Shown here piece after piece: positions 38,776-48,029 of a stretch of 61,111 nt of DNA. The stretch spans positions 1 to 61,111 of IMG/VR virus record IMGVR_UViG_3300016657_000047; one strand, written 5' to 3'. The notes under the pieces were generated by a model. The model searched no databases. It had not been told where the DNA came from and saw nothing but the letters and a program-made list of their open reading frames with translations. The translations under genes were made by a program, and so were the position numbers. Origin of the DNA: a virus. Taxonomy: Duplodnaviria > Caudoviricetes. Position 1 is the first letter of the stretch, and the number at the start of each line of letters is the position of its first letter.

Positions 38776-40634
38776 TAATAAATTTTGATCTGCTCAAATT
38801 ACGTCTATGTTGTGACTATCACCCACAATGGCGATGTAATATGTTTAAAAAGATTCCAGGTAATCGAGATTACCTTATAAACCTTAGAAATGAAATCATT
38901 AATTCCTACAGTAAAGTAGTTATTCTTGAACGGCATCCAATGGAAAAGATCTCCATTGAGTTATTTGGAAAAACCTTGAGTGTGCGGAAAGATCATCTCT
39001 CACTCATTTCTTGGTATGAGCTAGGATACATACACAACTTATCGGAACATTTGGACAAGATAATTTTCTGTCCATGCACTAATAAAGTTCTGAAAGTGAA
39101 CTGTAGGTATCTGTTGTCTTTCTCTGAACCGTTGTACTACAGGGAAGGATTTCGTTACATACCTAATTTTTCCAGATACGCCATCAATATTGATGGCGAT
39201 GTACTAGATACGTTCACGAACACTATTGTCACCAAAAGAGAAATTGACTCCGACGGATACGATGTAGTCTACATCTATAATCCAGATAGGGTTGCAAATA
39301 GATGGACTCGTGTGCATCGTCTTTTGGGATTCGCTTGGCTTCCAAATACGAATTTTGAAGAAAAACCCTTCATCAACCACATCGACGGTAATAAGCTCAA
39401 CAACAGTTTAGAGAATTTAGAATGGTGCAATCAAGCTGAAAACACCATACACGCACTAAACATGGGATTGTTGGGCACAAATGTGAAGATGAAGTCCAGA
39501 GATTTCTACACTGGACAAGTGGTTACGTATAACTCCGTAAGCGAAATGGCCGAAAAATTGGCCATGCCTAATGTTTCAGCAGCTAATCTCATCAATAAGC
39601 TGCCGGGATACCTGTTTCAAAAACGGTACGAGATAAAACTTCTCGCTGACGATAGCCCCTGGTTTTATGAAGCTGTAGAGAATGCAGACATCGAGCCAAG
39701 TAAAGCTATTTACACCATAACAGTGACAGATCCAGAAACCGGTGAACTAAAAAGCTACAACAATGTAAAAGCTTTTTACAAAGCCTATGGTTTGTGGTCT
39801 AAGACTGGGACGCTAAATGATGGCGTGGCTGCTTTCAGAGAGAAGTATCCAAACTCTGAAATAAGCTATAAAAGAAATAGCGTGATAGGACCGTACAGGA
39901 TTATCGAAGTTGAAACAAAACGGATTATTCTTTTTGATTCGATAGCGAAAGCTGCTGCGCATATGGGCATATCAAGAACCGAGCTACAGTACGATCTTAG
40001 CCGGAGATTGACGTTCATATACTCGAAAAAGTGGATTGTAGTTCCAGGATTTAATGATTTCATTTTTGAGGACTATAAGGACAAGCCAAAACCCTTTAGT
40101 TCTATTGTAATAACTAAAGATGACGACGGGTCAGAAATGGTAGCGAAGTCTTTGAAGCATGCTTCGAAGATAACCGGAATTGATCCTAGGTCTGTGGCTA
40201 AATATCTAGATACAGGGGTATCTTTTAAAGGATTGAAATTCAGGCCTTTAGAGCAGTAATGCTCTAATGAAATTCTTTGAATTGCTGGAAAGCCCTGAGC
40301 GCTGATTCACCAAAGCGGAGTGCGAAAGCACAGACGTGCCATTAGGCGGGTTTGAAAACGAATCGGATTGGGTAACCGTGAGTCCAAAGGACTCCTTTAG
40401 CAGCCAAGCCCCTAAGTCCTTTGGGATATGGGGAAGGTTCAACGACTATCCCTGAAATGGGAGTAGAGCCAAGTGGTAGGCCGAGTGCCTTTAAATCGAA
40501 GAAGAGAACCCCTACAGATAATGCTGAGGGTGAAGATATAGTCTGTTCCCATGGGAAAGCCATGGGCGGGTGCTAGGAAGCGCACCGACTTGAGAGAGCG
40601 TTCTATTGGGACAACGGCTCAAGTGGACAATAAG
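38776..40634 (+). mobile_element. group I intron carrying an HNH endonuclease gene
   Basis: 5' exon ends in U (GCT|TAA) and the intron ends in G (AATAAG|AGA). Core elements AATTGCTGGAAA (~40280), AGCAGCCAAG (~40399), GTTCAACGACTA (~40437), AAGATATAGTC (~40533); hairpin TTAGAGCA-GTAA-TGCTCTAA. Splicing restores RNFTNA|RKITFITPHQLS. Confidence 0.88.
38841..40259 (+). CDS. intron-encoded HNH homing endonuclease
   Basis: RVHRL...WLPN...INHIDGNKLNNSLENLEWC; duplicated NUMOD4-like N-terminal segments; C-terminal S...AA HTH-type repeats. Confidence 0.9.
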   Translation: MFKKIPGNRDYLINLRNEIINSYSKVVILERHPMEKISIELFGKTLSVRKDHLSLISWYELGYIHNLSEHLDKIIFCPCTNKVLKVNCRYLLSFSEPLYYREGFRYIPNFSRYAINIDGDVLDTFTNTIVTKREIDSDGYDVVYIYNPDRVANRWTRVHRLLGFAWLPNTNFEEKPFINHIDGNKLNNSLENLEWCNQAENTIHALNMGLLGTNVKMKSRDFYTGQVVTYNSVSEMAEKLAMPNVSAANLINKLPGYLFQKRYEIKLLADDSPWFYEAVENADIEPSKAIYTITVTDPETGELKSYNNVKAFYKAYGLWSKTGTLNDGVAAFREKYPNSEISYKRNSVIGPYRIIEVETKRIILFDSIAKAAAHMGISRTELQYDLSRRLTFIYSKKWIVVPGFNDFIFEDYKDKPKPFSSIVITKDDDGSEMVAKSLKHASKITGIDPRSVAKYLDTGVSFKGLKFRPLEQ

Positions 40635-41039
40635 AGAAAGATCACTTTCATCACCCCACATCAGCTGTCGACTGACGCTAAACAGTTGATACGGGATGGT
40701 AAAGAAGCCGGTAACTTCGTAAAAGATATTGCTGGTAAGGGTTACTATGCGGGGTCGAAACAGATTGACCAAGAAGTGGATATTGAAATCTATATTCACA
40801 TCGTCCATTTCAATGGCCGTTCTTATCTGACTGTTCAGCGTGGTAAGCATCGTGGCCTGGTAGGTCAGACCCCGTTTGAAGATCTGTACTGTGTACTGCC
40901 ATTCATGAACGGTACCGAAGGTTACAACTGTGGTGTATTGGATGATGTTGATGGTCCAGATACCTCGGCACGTAAAGTCGGTGCAGTCCTGGGTGCAGAT
41001 GGTACTGCGGAAGATACTTGGTGGGATCAAGCAGCCTAA
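40635..41039 (+). CDS. dnaB: DnaB-like helicase, exon 2
   Basis: ITPHQLS, YY.GSKQIDQEVD, RGKHRG: DnaB H3/H4 motifs and arginine-finger region. Confidence 0.85.
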   Translation, partial: RKITFITPHQLSTDAKQLIRDGKEAGNFVKDIAGKGYYAGSKQIDQEVDIEIYIHIVHFNGRSYLTVQRGKHRGLVGQTPFEDLYCVLPFMNGTEGYNCGVLDDVDGPDTSARKVGAVLGADGTAEDTWWDQAA

Positions 41040-41050
41040 GCTGACATATT

Positions 41051-41074
41051 GGTGGAGGACTTCGGTCCTCCACC
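41051..41074 (+). terminator. terminator hairpin with UUCG loop
   Basis: GGTGGAGGAC-TTCG-GTCCTCCACC. Confidence 0.8.
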
Positions 41075-41105
41075 TTATGATGTGTACCTAACCTGGAAAT
41101 TAACT

Positions 41106-41735
41106 ATGCGCGCAATTCTTCGTCTGGCTCAAGAGAGCCACAATGTACATGGGGTTAAAGAGATCCTGAAGCGTCTGGAGACTTACTGTAAGGATCGTAA
41201 GTTGGATGACGTACTGAAAACTTTCGGTAAACCGCTGGATGGTTCCGGTATCAGTAAAATCGAAGCTGCGGTTGGTCAGAAACTACCGAGTGATTTTGTT
41301 GAACTGCTAAAGATGCACAACGGCTTTGATGTTTCCGTTTCCTGGTCTATCTCTGGTGGCCCTGAGATTATCGGTGATTACAATGTGAACTGCGATCTCC
41401 TAAAAGGTGGTGACTTTGATGATGGTCGTAACGACCAGGTGAAAGCTGCACCTGGTGTCAAGTCGGTATGGTGGAGTGAGAAATGGATTCCATTTGCTTA
41501 CAATGGTGCTGGCGACTGTCTGGTATTTGATATGGATCCAGCATCTGGTGGTACCAAAGGCCAGGTGGTTAGATTTTATCACGATGATGGTGATCGCCGC
41601 TTGCTGGCTAACAACTTTGTCGAGTGGTTCGACAAAGAGGTAGAAGCATTCATCGACTATACTGAAAAACATCTGGAGAAGGAAGGTAAAGCTTCGGAAA
41701 CTCCTCCTGCCAAGAAATCCTGGTGGCCTTGGTAA
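41106..41735 (+). CDS. SMI1/KNR4 (SUKH) family protein
   Basis: Start reassigned to ATG 41106. I.K.E..VG.KLP.DF..LL..HNG, W...WIPFA..G.GD.L..D.DP...G..GQVV...HD....LA..F.EW. Confidence 0.88.
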   Translation: MRAILRLAQESHNVHGVKEILKRLETYCKDRKLDDVLKTFGKPLDGSGISKIEAAVGQKLPSDFVELLKMHNGFDVSVSWSISGGPEIIGDYNVNCDLLKGGDFDDGRNDQVKAAPGVKSVWWSEKWIPFAYNGAGDCLVFDMDPASGGTKGQVVRFYHDDGDRRLLANNFVEWFDKEVEAFIDYTEKHLEKEGKASETPPAKKSWWPW

Positions 41736-41746
41736 TACGTCATATC

Positions 41747-41770
41747 GCCCAGTGGGTTTCCCCACTGGGC
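41747..41770. terminator. bidirectional terminator
   Basis: GCCCAGTGGG-TTTC-CCCACTGGGC between convergent genes. Confidence 0.8.
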
Positions 41771-41784
41771 TTTATGTCGGTTTG

Positions 41785-42699
41785 TTAGTACCAGCGACGA
41801 ACAGAGTGCTCAACTACCCGCAGATAGGCAGCAGCAATACCGTTAGTGGCACCGGCCATCTCACGGAAGTTACTATAGTAACCGTCGATCATGCCATTGT
41901 AGATGTTGATGTACATCGTAGCTTTCGGATGGTCCATCTTATCCATACGGGTCAGGACTTCTTGGATATTGCGAATACCGCTACCGACTTCCTGCTCCAG
42001 TGCAGCTGGGCGACCTGCTTTGCGCTCTAGATACGTGATGTTCTCTTCGGCGATTTGCTTTACCAGCTCGATGATCTTCAGACATTCATCGCGGCTATAG
42101 GCTTCCAGCTTAGCTTCTTTAGGCATGCCCTTTTTGGACACTGCCAAATAGGAATAGGACGCATCGTAAGTTTTTAATTTGAACACGGCATGACGCATAT
42201 TGCCAAGAAACTCTTCATCTTGCTTCATGCCAAACTTAGTCAGGTCCAACATGTTGATGCATGCACCAAGATCGTCAATGGATACTGCCTTACCATGCAA
42301 TTCTTGGTTAGCCAGTTCTGACAAAGTGGACATAAACTTCTTAAACTGTTGGAAGATGATTTTATTGCGCTTATCCAGCAGTTTCAAGACCTCCTTCAGT
42401 GCCGCTTCTTGTTCAGTAACACTGGTCAGCAGTTTGCCATCCAGCACAAACTCTTTAGTGGTGGCACCCAGTGGGATCATTGCCACATCACCCTGTTGAT
42501 CACCTTTAGCCGCTTTGATTTGTTTTTCGACCTTCTCGGCAGTTTCCAGAATGTCAGTGGAGACCGAGTAGTAACGGGCAATGTCAGCTGCCGACGTAGC
42601 GAAGATGTCTTTGACTTTGGCGAACAGACTGGTCAGTGTCCCCTTACCAGAACTGCCCAAACCAAAAGCTTCGACACCGTAATGATTGTTAAAATCCAT
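41785..42699 (-). CDS. putative internal head protein
   Basis: Start at ATG 42699 (GGGTG upstream); N-terminal GVE|AF protease-like motif; helical composition. Confidence 0.55.
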   Translation of the reverse strand: MDFNNHYGVEAFGLGSSGKGTLTSLFAKVKDIFATSAADIARYYSVSTDILETAEKVEKQIKAAKGDQQGDVAMIPLGATTKEFVLDGKLLTSVTEQEAALKEVLKLLDKRNKIIFQQFKKFMSTLSELANQELHGKAVSIDDLGACINMLDLTKFGMKQDEEFLGNMRHAVFKLKTYDASYSYLAVSKKGMPKEAKLEAYSRDECLKIIELVKQIAEENITYLERKAGRPAALEQEVGSGIRNIQEVLTRMDKMDHPKATMYINIYNGMIDGYYSNFREMAGATNGIAAAYLRVVEHSVRRWY

Positions 42700-42794
42700 G
42701 TTTTCACCCAGTTGGTAAGAGATAAATGCAGTACTTTTTCGCACTACATTTCAGATTGTATGATGCATAAAATACCAGTGTGAAAGATAACCCT

Positions 42795-45700
42795 ATGTTC
42801 TCGTATACAAAACGCCTAATCGGTTATATTACCGTGATGGAAAAAGGCGACACCATCACTATTGAAGGCCTACCAGCCGGACGTTTGATGAGTGATATCC
42901 GTCGAGTATGGTCCACTTCTAAAATAGAACAGTATATGTTCAGTAAAGTGACCACTTCTAGTATCAAATTCAATCGTTTCTTTGCCGTAGATTTTGCATT
43001 TGCATTGGAGAGTCTACTGGAAAAAGGCAGTAAGAGTAACCGCCGTGCTGTTCGGCGGATTCTGGAATTACTGTACACGGAAACCTGGCTCCGTGAAACC
43101 AGAGAGAAACATCCTGATATCTTGAATTGGGAGCTACTGGAAACCAAGTATAAGTTTAAACCACTTGAACATCAAGAGCGATTCTTCAAGGGCTATAACG
43201 AGCTGGTCCCTAAGTTCAGGCTGAAGGGGTTCTTACTAGGCGCAGCACCAGGTAGTGGTAAGGCACAACCACTCAATGCCAATATCAAAGTACCTGGTGG
43301 TTGGGCTAAGATGGGTGAGATGGCTGTTGGTACTGAAGTTATCACCCCTAAAGGTACTATCACCAAAGTTACTGGTGTGTACCCACAAGGGGAGCTTGAA
43401 ATTTACCGGTTAACTTTCTCTGATGGCCGCGTAGTGGAAGCTTGTGGTGATCATCTTTGGAAAGTACATCTTCGCAATGAAGAAAAGAAAGGCTACTGGC
43501 ATATTCGGACAACTAAGGAAATCATGGAATCCAGTTCGTTTGCTGATAAACGTGCATATATTCCCTTGATTGATGCTGAAGACAGCCAACCAATTGACTT
43601 ACCCATTGATCCGTATGTGTTTGGTGTGATTTTGGGTGATGGTAATATAAGTGGCAAGAGTGTTGTAATTAGCCATCCAGATGAATTCATTAAAGAGAAA
43701 GTAGCATCCCGTCTCGGGGCTGGGGTTAAAATTGGTAACATTGTTGCCGACGGTACATACAGCATCATTGGTGATAAAGATGTTTGTCAGACTAGAGACA
43801 ATCCAATGGTAGTTGCTTTGACTGGAATGGGTTTGATGGGTACGCATAGCCACACCAAATCCATCCCTAACGAGTATGTGCTGGGTTCACGCCAGCAACG
43901 TCTCGACTTGCTCAATGGTCTACTGGATACTGACGGCTACATCGATACTCAAGGAACTGCTAGTTTCCTGAGCACTAGTCTTGATCTGGCTGAGAAAGTG
44001 CAGTATTTGGTTCGTTCTCTGGGTGGCATTGCGTCTATTTCCCCTAAGACCAAATTCTTCACCTACAAAGGCGAAAAGAAACAAGGTAAACTTGCATACC
44101 AAGTCAACATTCGCCACAAGTACCCTGAAGAACTGTTTACACTCCCCCGTAAAAAGGAAAGGGCTAACAATAACAATCAATACGCAGAGAAACTGAAACT
44201 ACGTATTGAATCGATAGAGTACATTGGTAAGAAGCAAGCCCAGTGTATTTCCGTTGAGGACAGCGAACACTTGTACGTTACTGATCAATTTGTAGTGACG
44301 CACAACACTCATATGGGTCTGATGCTCGCTACCATGTTGGATGCAGATGTGGTGTTCTGTGTGGTTCCTAAGAATTCGATTAACAAGGTATGGGAAGACA
44401 CCATTGCTTCTGCATACAAAGTACCAGAGACGTATTGGCTGTCAAATAGCGACATGCCTATTCAGGTTGGTGTCAAACATTACGTAGTGCATTACGAGGC
44501 GCTGGAAAAGATTGTTGCGTTCGTTCAGGCCAATCGTGGTACTTGGAAAAAGCCAGTCGTGATTCTTGATGAATCCCACAACCTCAATGAACTGACCTCT
44601 CAACGGACTCAATCTTTTATTACGCTGTGTAAGATGCTGGATTGCAAACATGTGCTGTGGGCCTCAGGAACGCCGCTGAAGGCGGCTGGCACTGAAGTAG
44701 CCCCGCTATTGATGACAATCGATGATCTCTTCGACCAAGACGCTATGAATCGCTTTATGGGTGTATTTGGTAAGAACGCATCTCGTGCTTTGGATATTTT
44801 GGCAAACCGGATGGGCTTGATTACCTTTAAGGTTGATAAAGCTATTGTGGTGGGTAACAAAGTAGACGATCAATCTATCAGCATTAAGATTCCAAATGGT
44901 GACGACTACACCCTCGACACTATTCGTGAGCAGATGCGCAAGTTCATCGAAGAACGTCTAGCTTATTACAAGAAACATCGACAACAATATCTGGACATTT
45001 ATAACGAATGTCTAGCTATCTTCGAAAAGAAGATTGGCGATGCGCACACCAAGCAGCAGTTTCAACTGTACCGTAACTACATCAGCACCATCGTAAAGGG
45101 TTACGACCCAGTTACTATGAAAGAGATGGCTTTCTTCTGCAACCAGTTTGAGTTGAAAACCATTATGCCTACTCTCCCACAGCACATGAAGAATGACTTC
45201 AAGGATTGTCGTTCTGTGGTGAAGTACTATGAGCTGAAAGTGCAGGGTGAGGCGCTTGGGCGCATTCTTGGTAAGTTACGTTCACAATGCCACGTTGACA
45301 TGGTGCCGTATTCTAATCTGCCTGACATTGTGGAGACTGCTGAAAAGAAGACTGTAATCTTCACTAGCTATGTAGAAGTAGTAAAGGCAACACAGGAACT
45401 AATGGTCAAAGAGGGCTTCAAGCCTTTGGTGGTTTATGGCGAAACCAATAAGGATCTGGCTAGCATTGTTTCTACTTTTGCTAACGATACCGATGCTAAC
45501 CCGTTGATCGCTACCTATAAGTCTCTATCTACTGCTGTGCCACTAGTGATGGCTAACACTGTAGTGCTGATGAACAGCCCTTTCCGTGATTACGAACGTC
45601 AACAGGCAACTAGTCGGGTAGACCGTTTGGGTCAGGATACTGAAGTGGTGATTCGTACCATCCTACTGGATACGGGCGATAAGCCAAACATCAGTACCCG

Positions 45701-45863
45701 CAGTGATGACATCCTTGACTGGAGTAAGCAACAGGTTGAGATGATCATGGGCATGAAGTCTGTTGATCTGGGGATGGAATGTTTCCGTGACCTAGTGCCT
45801 GATCAAGATGTACAGGCAAAAACAGCTATGCCTACTTGGACAAATTGGACAACCAAATCGTAA
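42795..45863 (+). CDS. SNF2/SF2-type helicase containing an intein
   Basis: PLEHQ Q-motif, AAPGSGK[intein]T Walker A, ILDESH Walker B, ASGTP, VIFTSY, Q..SRVDRLGQ. Confidence 0.9.
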   Translation: MFSYTKRLIGYITVMEKGDTITIEGLPAGRLMSDIRRVWSTSKIEQYMFSKVTTSSIKFNRFFAVDFAFALESLLEKGSKSNRRAVRRILELLYTETWLRETREKHPDILNWELLETKYKFKPLEHQERFFKGYNELVPKFRLKGFLLGAAPGSGKAQPLNANIKVPGGWAKMGEMAVGTEVITPKGTITKVTGVYPQGELEIYRLTFSDGRVVEACGDHLWKVHLRNEEKKGYWHIRTTKEIMESSSFADKRAYIPLIDAEDSQPIDLPIDPYVFGVILGDGNISGKSVVISHPDEFIKEKVASRLGAGVKIGNIVADGTYSIIGDKDVCQTRDNPMVVALTGMGLMGTHSHTKSIPNEYVLGSRQQRLDLLNGLLDTDGYIDTQGTASFLSTSLDLAEKVQYLVRSLGGIASISPKTKFFTYKGEKKQGKLAYQVNIRHKYPEELFTLPRKKERANNNNQYAEKLKLRIESIEYIGKKQAQCISVEDSEHLYVTDQFVVTHNTHMGLMLATMLDADVVFCVVPKNSINKVWEDTIASAYKVPETYWLSNSDMPIQVGVKHYVVHYEALEKIVAFVQANRGTWKKPVVILDESHNLNELTSQRTQSFITLCKMLDCKHVLWASGTPLKAAGTEVAPLLMTIDDLFDQDAMNRFMGVFGKNASRALDILANRMGLITFKVDKAIVVGNKVDDQSISIKIPNGDDYTLDTIREQMRKFIEERLAYYKKHRQQYLDIYNECLAIFEKKIGDAHTKQQFQLYRNYISTIVKGYDPVTMKEMAFFCNQFELKTIMPTLPQHMKNDFKDCRSVVKYYELKVQGEALGRILGKLRSQCHVDMVPYSNLPDIVETAEKKTVIFTSYVEVVKATQELMVKEGFKPLVVYGETNKDLASIVSTFANDTDANPLIATYKSLSTAVPLVMANTVVLMNSPFRDYERQQATSRVDRLGQDTEVVIRTILLDTGDKPNISTRSDDILDWSKQQVEMIMGMKSVDLGMECFRDLVPDQDVQAKTAMPTWTNWTTKS
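43263..44306 (+). mobile_element. class 3 intein with LAGLIDADG endonuclease (348 aa)
   Basis: Starts AQPL (Ala1); block B ACGDHLW; LAGLIDADG motifs FGVILGDG and LNGLLDTDG; block F AQCISV; ends VVTHN|T. Confidence 0.9.
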
Positions 45864-45894
45864 CTCATTGATTTTATTAAGAATAGGATTAGGT

Positions 45895-46638
45895 ATGAGT
45901 GACCGCGAAGACCTGGAACGGTATATTGAAATACTGTCCCCAGCAGTCAGACGGAATGTGGAGATCATCACCCCCAACGATGTAATGGGTGGTTACCTCT
46001 TCCACATTTCTACTAACACTAATATCCGACGCTTTGTTCCGCTAATTGGTTTTCGCCAAGCCAAAAGCGAAGACCGAACTGTGCCTCGGGTATGTACAGC
46101 ACCTACGTTGTTGGGTTGCTTGATTGGTTATGCTGCCGCTGAGAAAGACTTTCGAGAGAAGAAGCCGACTGGCCTAGAAGAAGATGACTTCTATAAAGGC
46201 GGTTTCAAGATCTACGGGTTTGAATTCAAGCACGCCTTGCGACCAAAGAAAGCTTTGGTTTATGACCAAGCCTATTCCGATGAATGTTGGCTAGTTGCGT
46301 ATAACAAAGAAACATCTGAATTCCAACCAATTAACTTTGGTAAAGTATTTTATCGGTCAATTACATCGTATGGTCGTGCTGATAAGACACCTTATAATGT
46401 AGTTGAGATATATGTAGATGTCCAGCATAATGACGGCATTCGTTTCAGTGAAAACCAATTCCTGACCAAAGGGTATTGGAAAATCACTGGACCAGAGCAG
46501 AAACATGTTGCCGGTTGGAAAGACGATAAGTCTTTTACTTTCGAGCAAATTTCTAAATCTGAATATGCTGACCTTAAGAATCTTTCGGCTGGCTTGCTCT
46601 CTTACGAGAATGCCCTGCCTAATTTTACCAAATGGTGA
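45895..46638 (+). CDS. conserved phage protein of unknown function
   Basis: Start at ATG 45895; LFHIS..F.P....ED.TVPRVC.APTL.GCL motif; C-terminal SYE..LP...W. Confidence 0.7.
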   Translation: MSDREDLERYIEILSPAVRRNVEIITPNDVMGGYLFHISTNTNIRRFVPLIGFRQAKSEDRTVPRVCTAPTLLGCLIGYAAAEKDFREKKPTGLEEDDFYKGGFKIYGFEFKHALRPKKALVYDQAYSDECWLVAYNKETSEFQPINFGKVFYRSITSYGRADKTPYNVVEIYVDVQHNDGIRFSENQFLTKGYWKITGPEQKHVAGWKDDKSFTFEQISKSEYADLKNLSAGLLSYENALPNFTKW

Positions 46639-46643
46639 TAAAC

Positions 46644-48020
46644 ATGCGTAACCTACTGAAACTGGCTCTGGAAAACGATCAGGATACCAGTGTACAAGAT
46701 TTCAAAGACTCTTTCAGCAAGATGCTTGATCAGTCTGGCGTTTTGCCTGCCGATTCGCAAGAAGATCAAGTCGCCAAAGAACTGGCTGATGGTATCGATC
46801 AAGCAGCCCGTGAACAAGCCGAGATTGACAACCATATCGGTCAACTGGCAGATATGCGCGATGCGCTGACTAGTGAAGGTCGCCTGGTACTGGAAAGCCT
46901 GGATCTGGATCTGACTAGTCTGATCGGTGGCGCTGCCGCTACTGCTGCAGTATCTTCCGAAGAAGGCGAAGAAACTGGCCGCGTTAACGGTGAAGAAACT
47001 CGCCGTCGACTGGAGTTGGCTACTGAAAGTATCGCCAGCACTATCTCCCAAAAGGTGAAGCAGGCTTGGGATAAACTACTCGAGATGATCAAGAAATTGA
47101 TTGCCTGGGTTAAGAACCGTATTGAATATAACCAGCGTCATTATAAATGGGAGAAATACGCTCGCTGGAACTTCTCGCTTAATGTGCTTGCTCACAAATA
47201 CCTTAGCGAGGTTAAGTTTGAAGACCTGTTTGAAAGCGAAGTGTTGCCAAACTTGAGTGCTGTGGAAAGCATGTGGCTGGATAAAGGCCATATCAGCTCC
47301 CTTAAGAATATCCATGAGATGGAATGGATTAAGGGCAATATGCTCGACGATATGTTGGACATGCATGATAAAGTACTGGCCAAATATGTTGGCAAAGACG
47401 ATATCAAAATGTCTGATGTTTCTAATGAGCTGGATGCTCTGGAAAGCCAGATGAATAAGGCCAAGCTTGAACTTGGCAATAACCGTCTGAAGTCGTTTGG
47501 TAGCTGGCGCGATATTTACGGTGAGAAAGAATTCACCATTAATTCTGATATTTTCAAAATGGGCGGTAAGTCCGTTGATGACTATGTCAATAAGCTTAAG
47601 GCTTCCCACAAAAACATTCATATTTACCTGGAAATGGTGCAGTCGGTAAATATCAATCAATACGTCCAACTGCTCACCAAGTATGAAAAAGACGTTGAAG
47701 AGGCTTCCAAAAAGCCTGACGAGAAGTCTAGCCTGGTTATCCAGTCTGTTCGATCCAAACAAGTGAATTTCTTGATGCAATTCCTTCGCGGCTACGAGAA
47801 GATTCAGCAAGAGCTGTACGGTTTCTTCACCTGCACCAAGAAGATCTGCAACTGGATTATCCATCACTTGGATCTGGAAATCAAGGACATGAAAGCCGAT
47901 ACCGGCCACGAACCTATCCGCGTACGTACGGTGAAGGGTGGTGAAACTAGCACTCTCATTGAGTACTATGAAAAGGTTAAGGTTGAAATGGAAAACTTCC
48001 TGAAAACCATGCCGGCGTAA
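46644..48020 (+). CDS. putative internal head protein
   Basis: Acidic propeptide with ALE, SSE and ATE|S motifs, followed by the amphipathic helix K.K.AW.KL.E.IKKLIAW typical of phiKZ-like head proteins. Confidence 0.7.
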   Translation: MRNLLKLALENDQDTSVQDFKDSFSKMLDQSGVLPADSQEDQVAKELADGIDQAAREQAEIDNHIGQLADMRDALTSEGRLVLESLDLDLTSLIGGAAATAAVSSEEGEETGRVNGEETRRRLELATESIASTISQKVKQAWDKLLEMIKKLIAWVKNRIEYNQRHYKWEKYARWNFSLNVLAHKYLSEVKFEDLFESEVLPNLSAVESMWLDKGHISSLKNIHEMEWIKGNMLDDMLDMHDKVLAKYVGKDDIKMSDVSNELDALESQMNKAKLELGNNRLKSFGSWRDIYGEKEFTINSDIFKMGGKSVDDYVNKLKASHKNIHIYLEMVQSVNINQYVQLLTKYEKDVEEASKKPDEKSSLVIQSVRSKQVNFLMQFLRGYEKIQQELYGFFTCTKKICNWIIHHLDLEIKDMKADTGHEPIRVRTVKGGETSTLIEYYEKVKVEMENFLKTMPA

Positions 48021-48029
48021 ATATTCACT

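Noticed and set aside
40551-40634. Apparent N-terminus MGKPWAG... of a separate 162 aa gene
   Set aside because: These codons lie inside the intron 3' end; the real coding sequence is helicase exon 2 from 40635.
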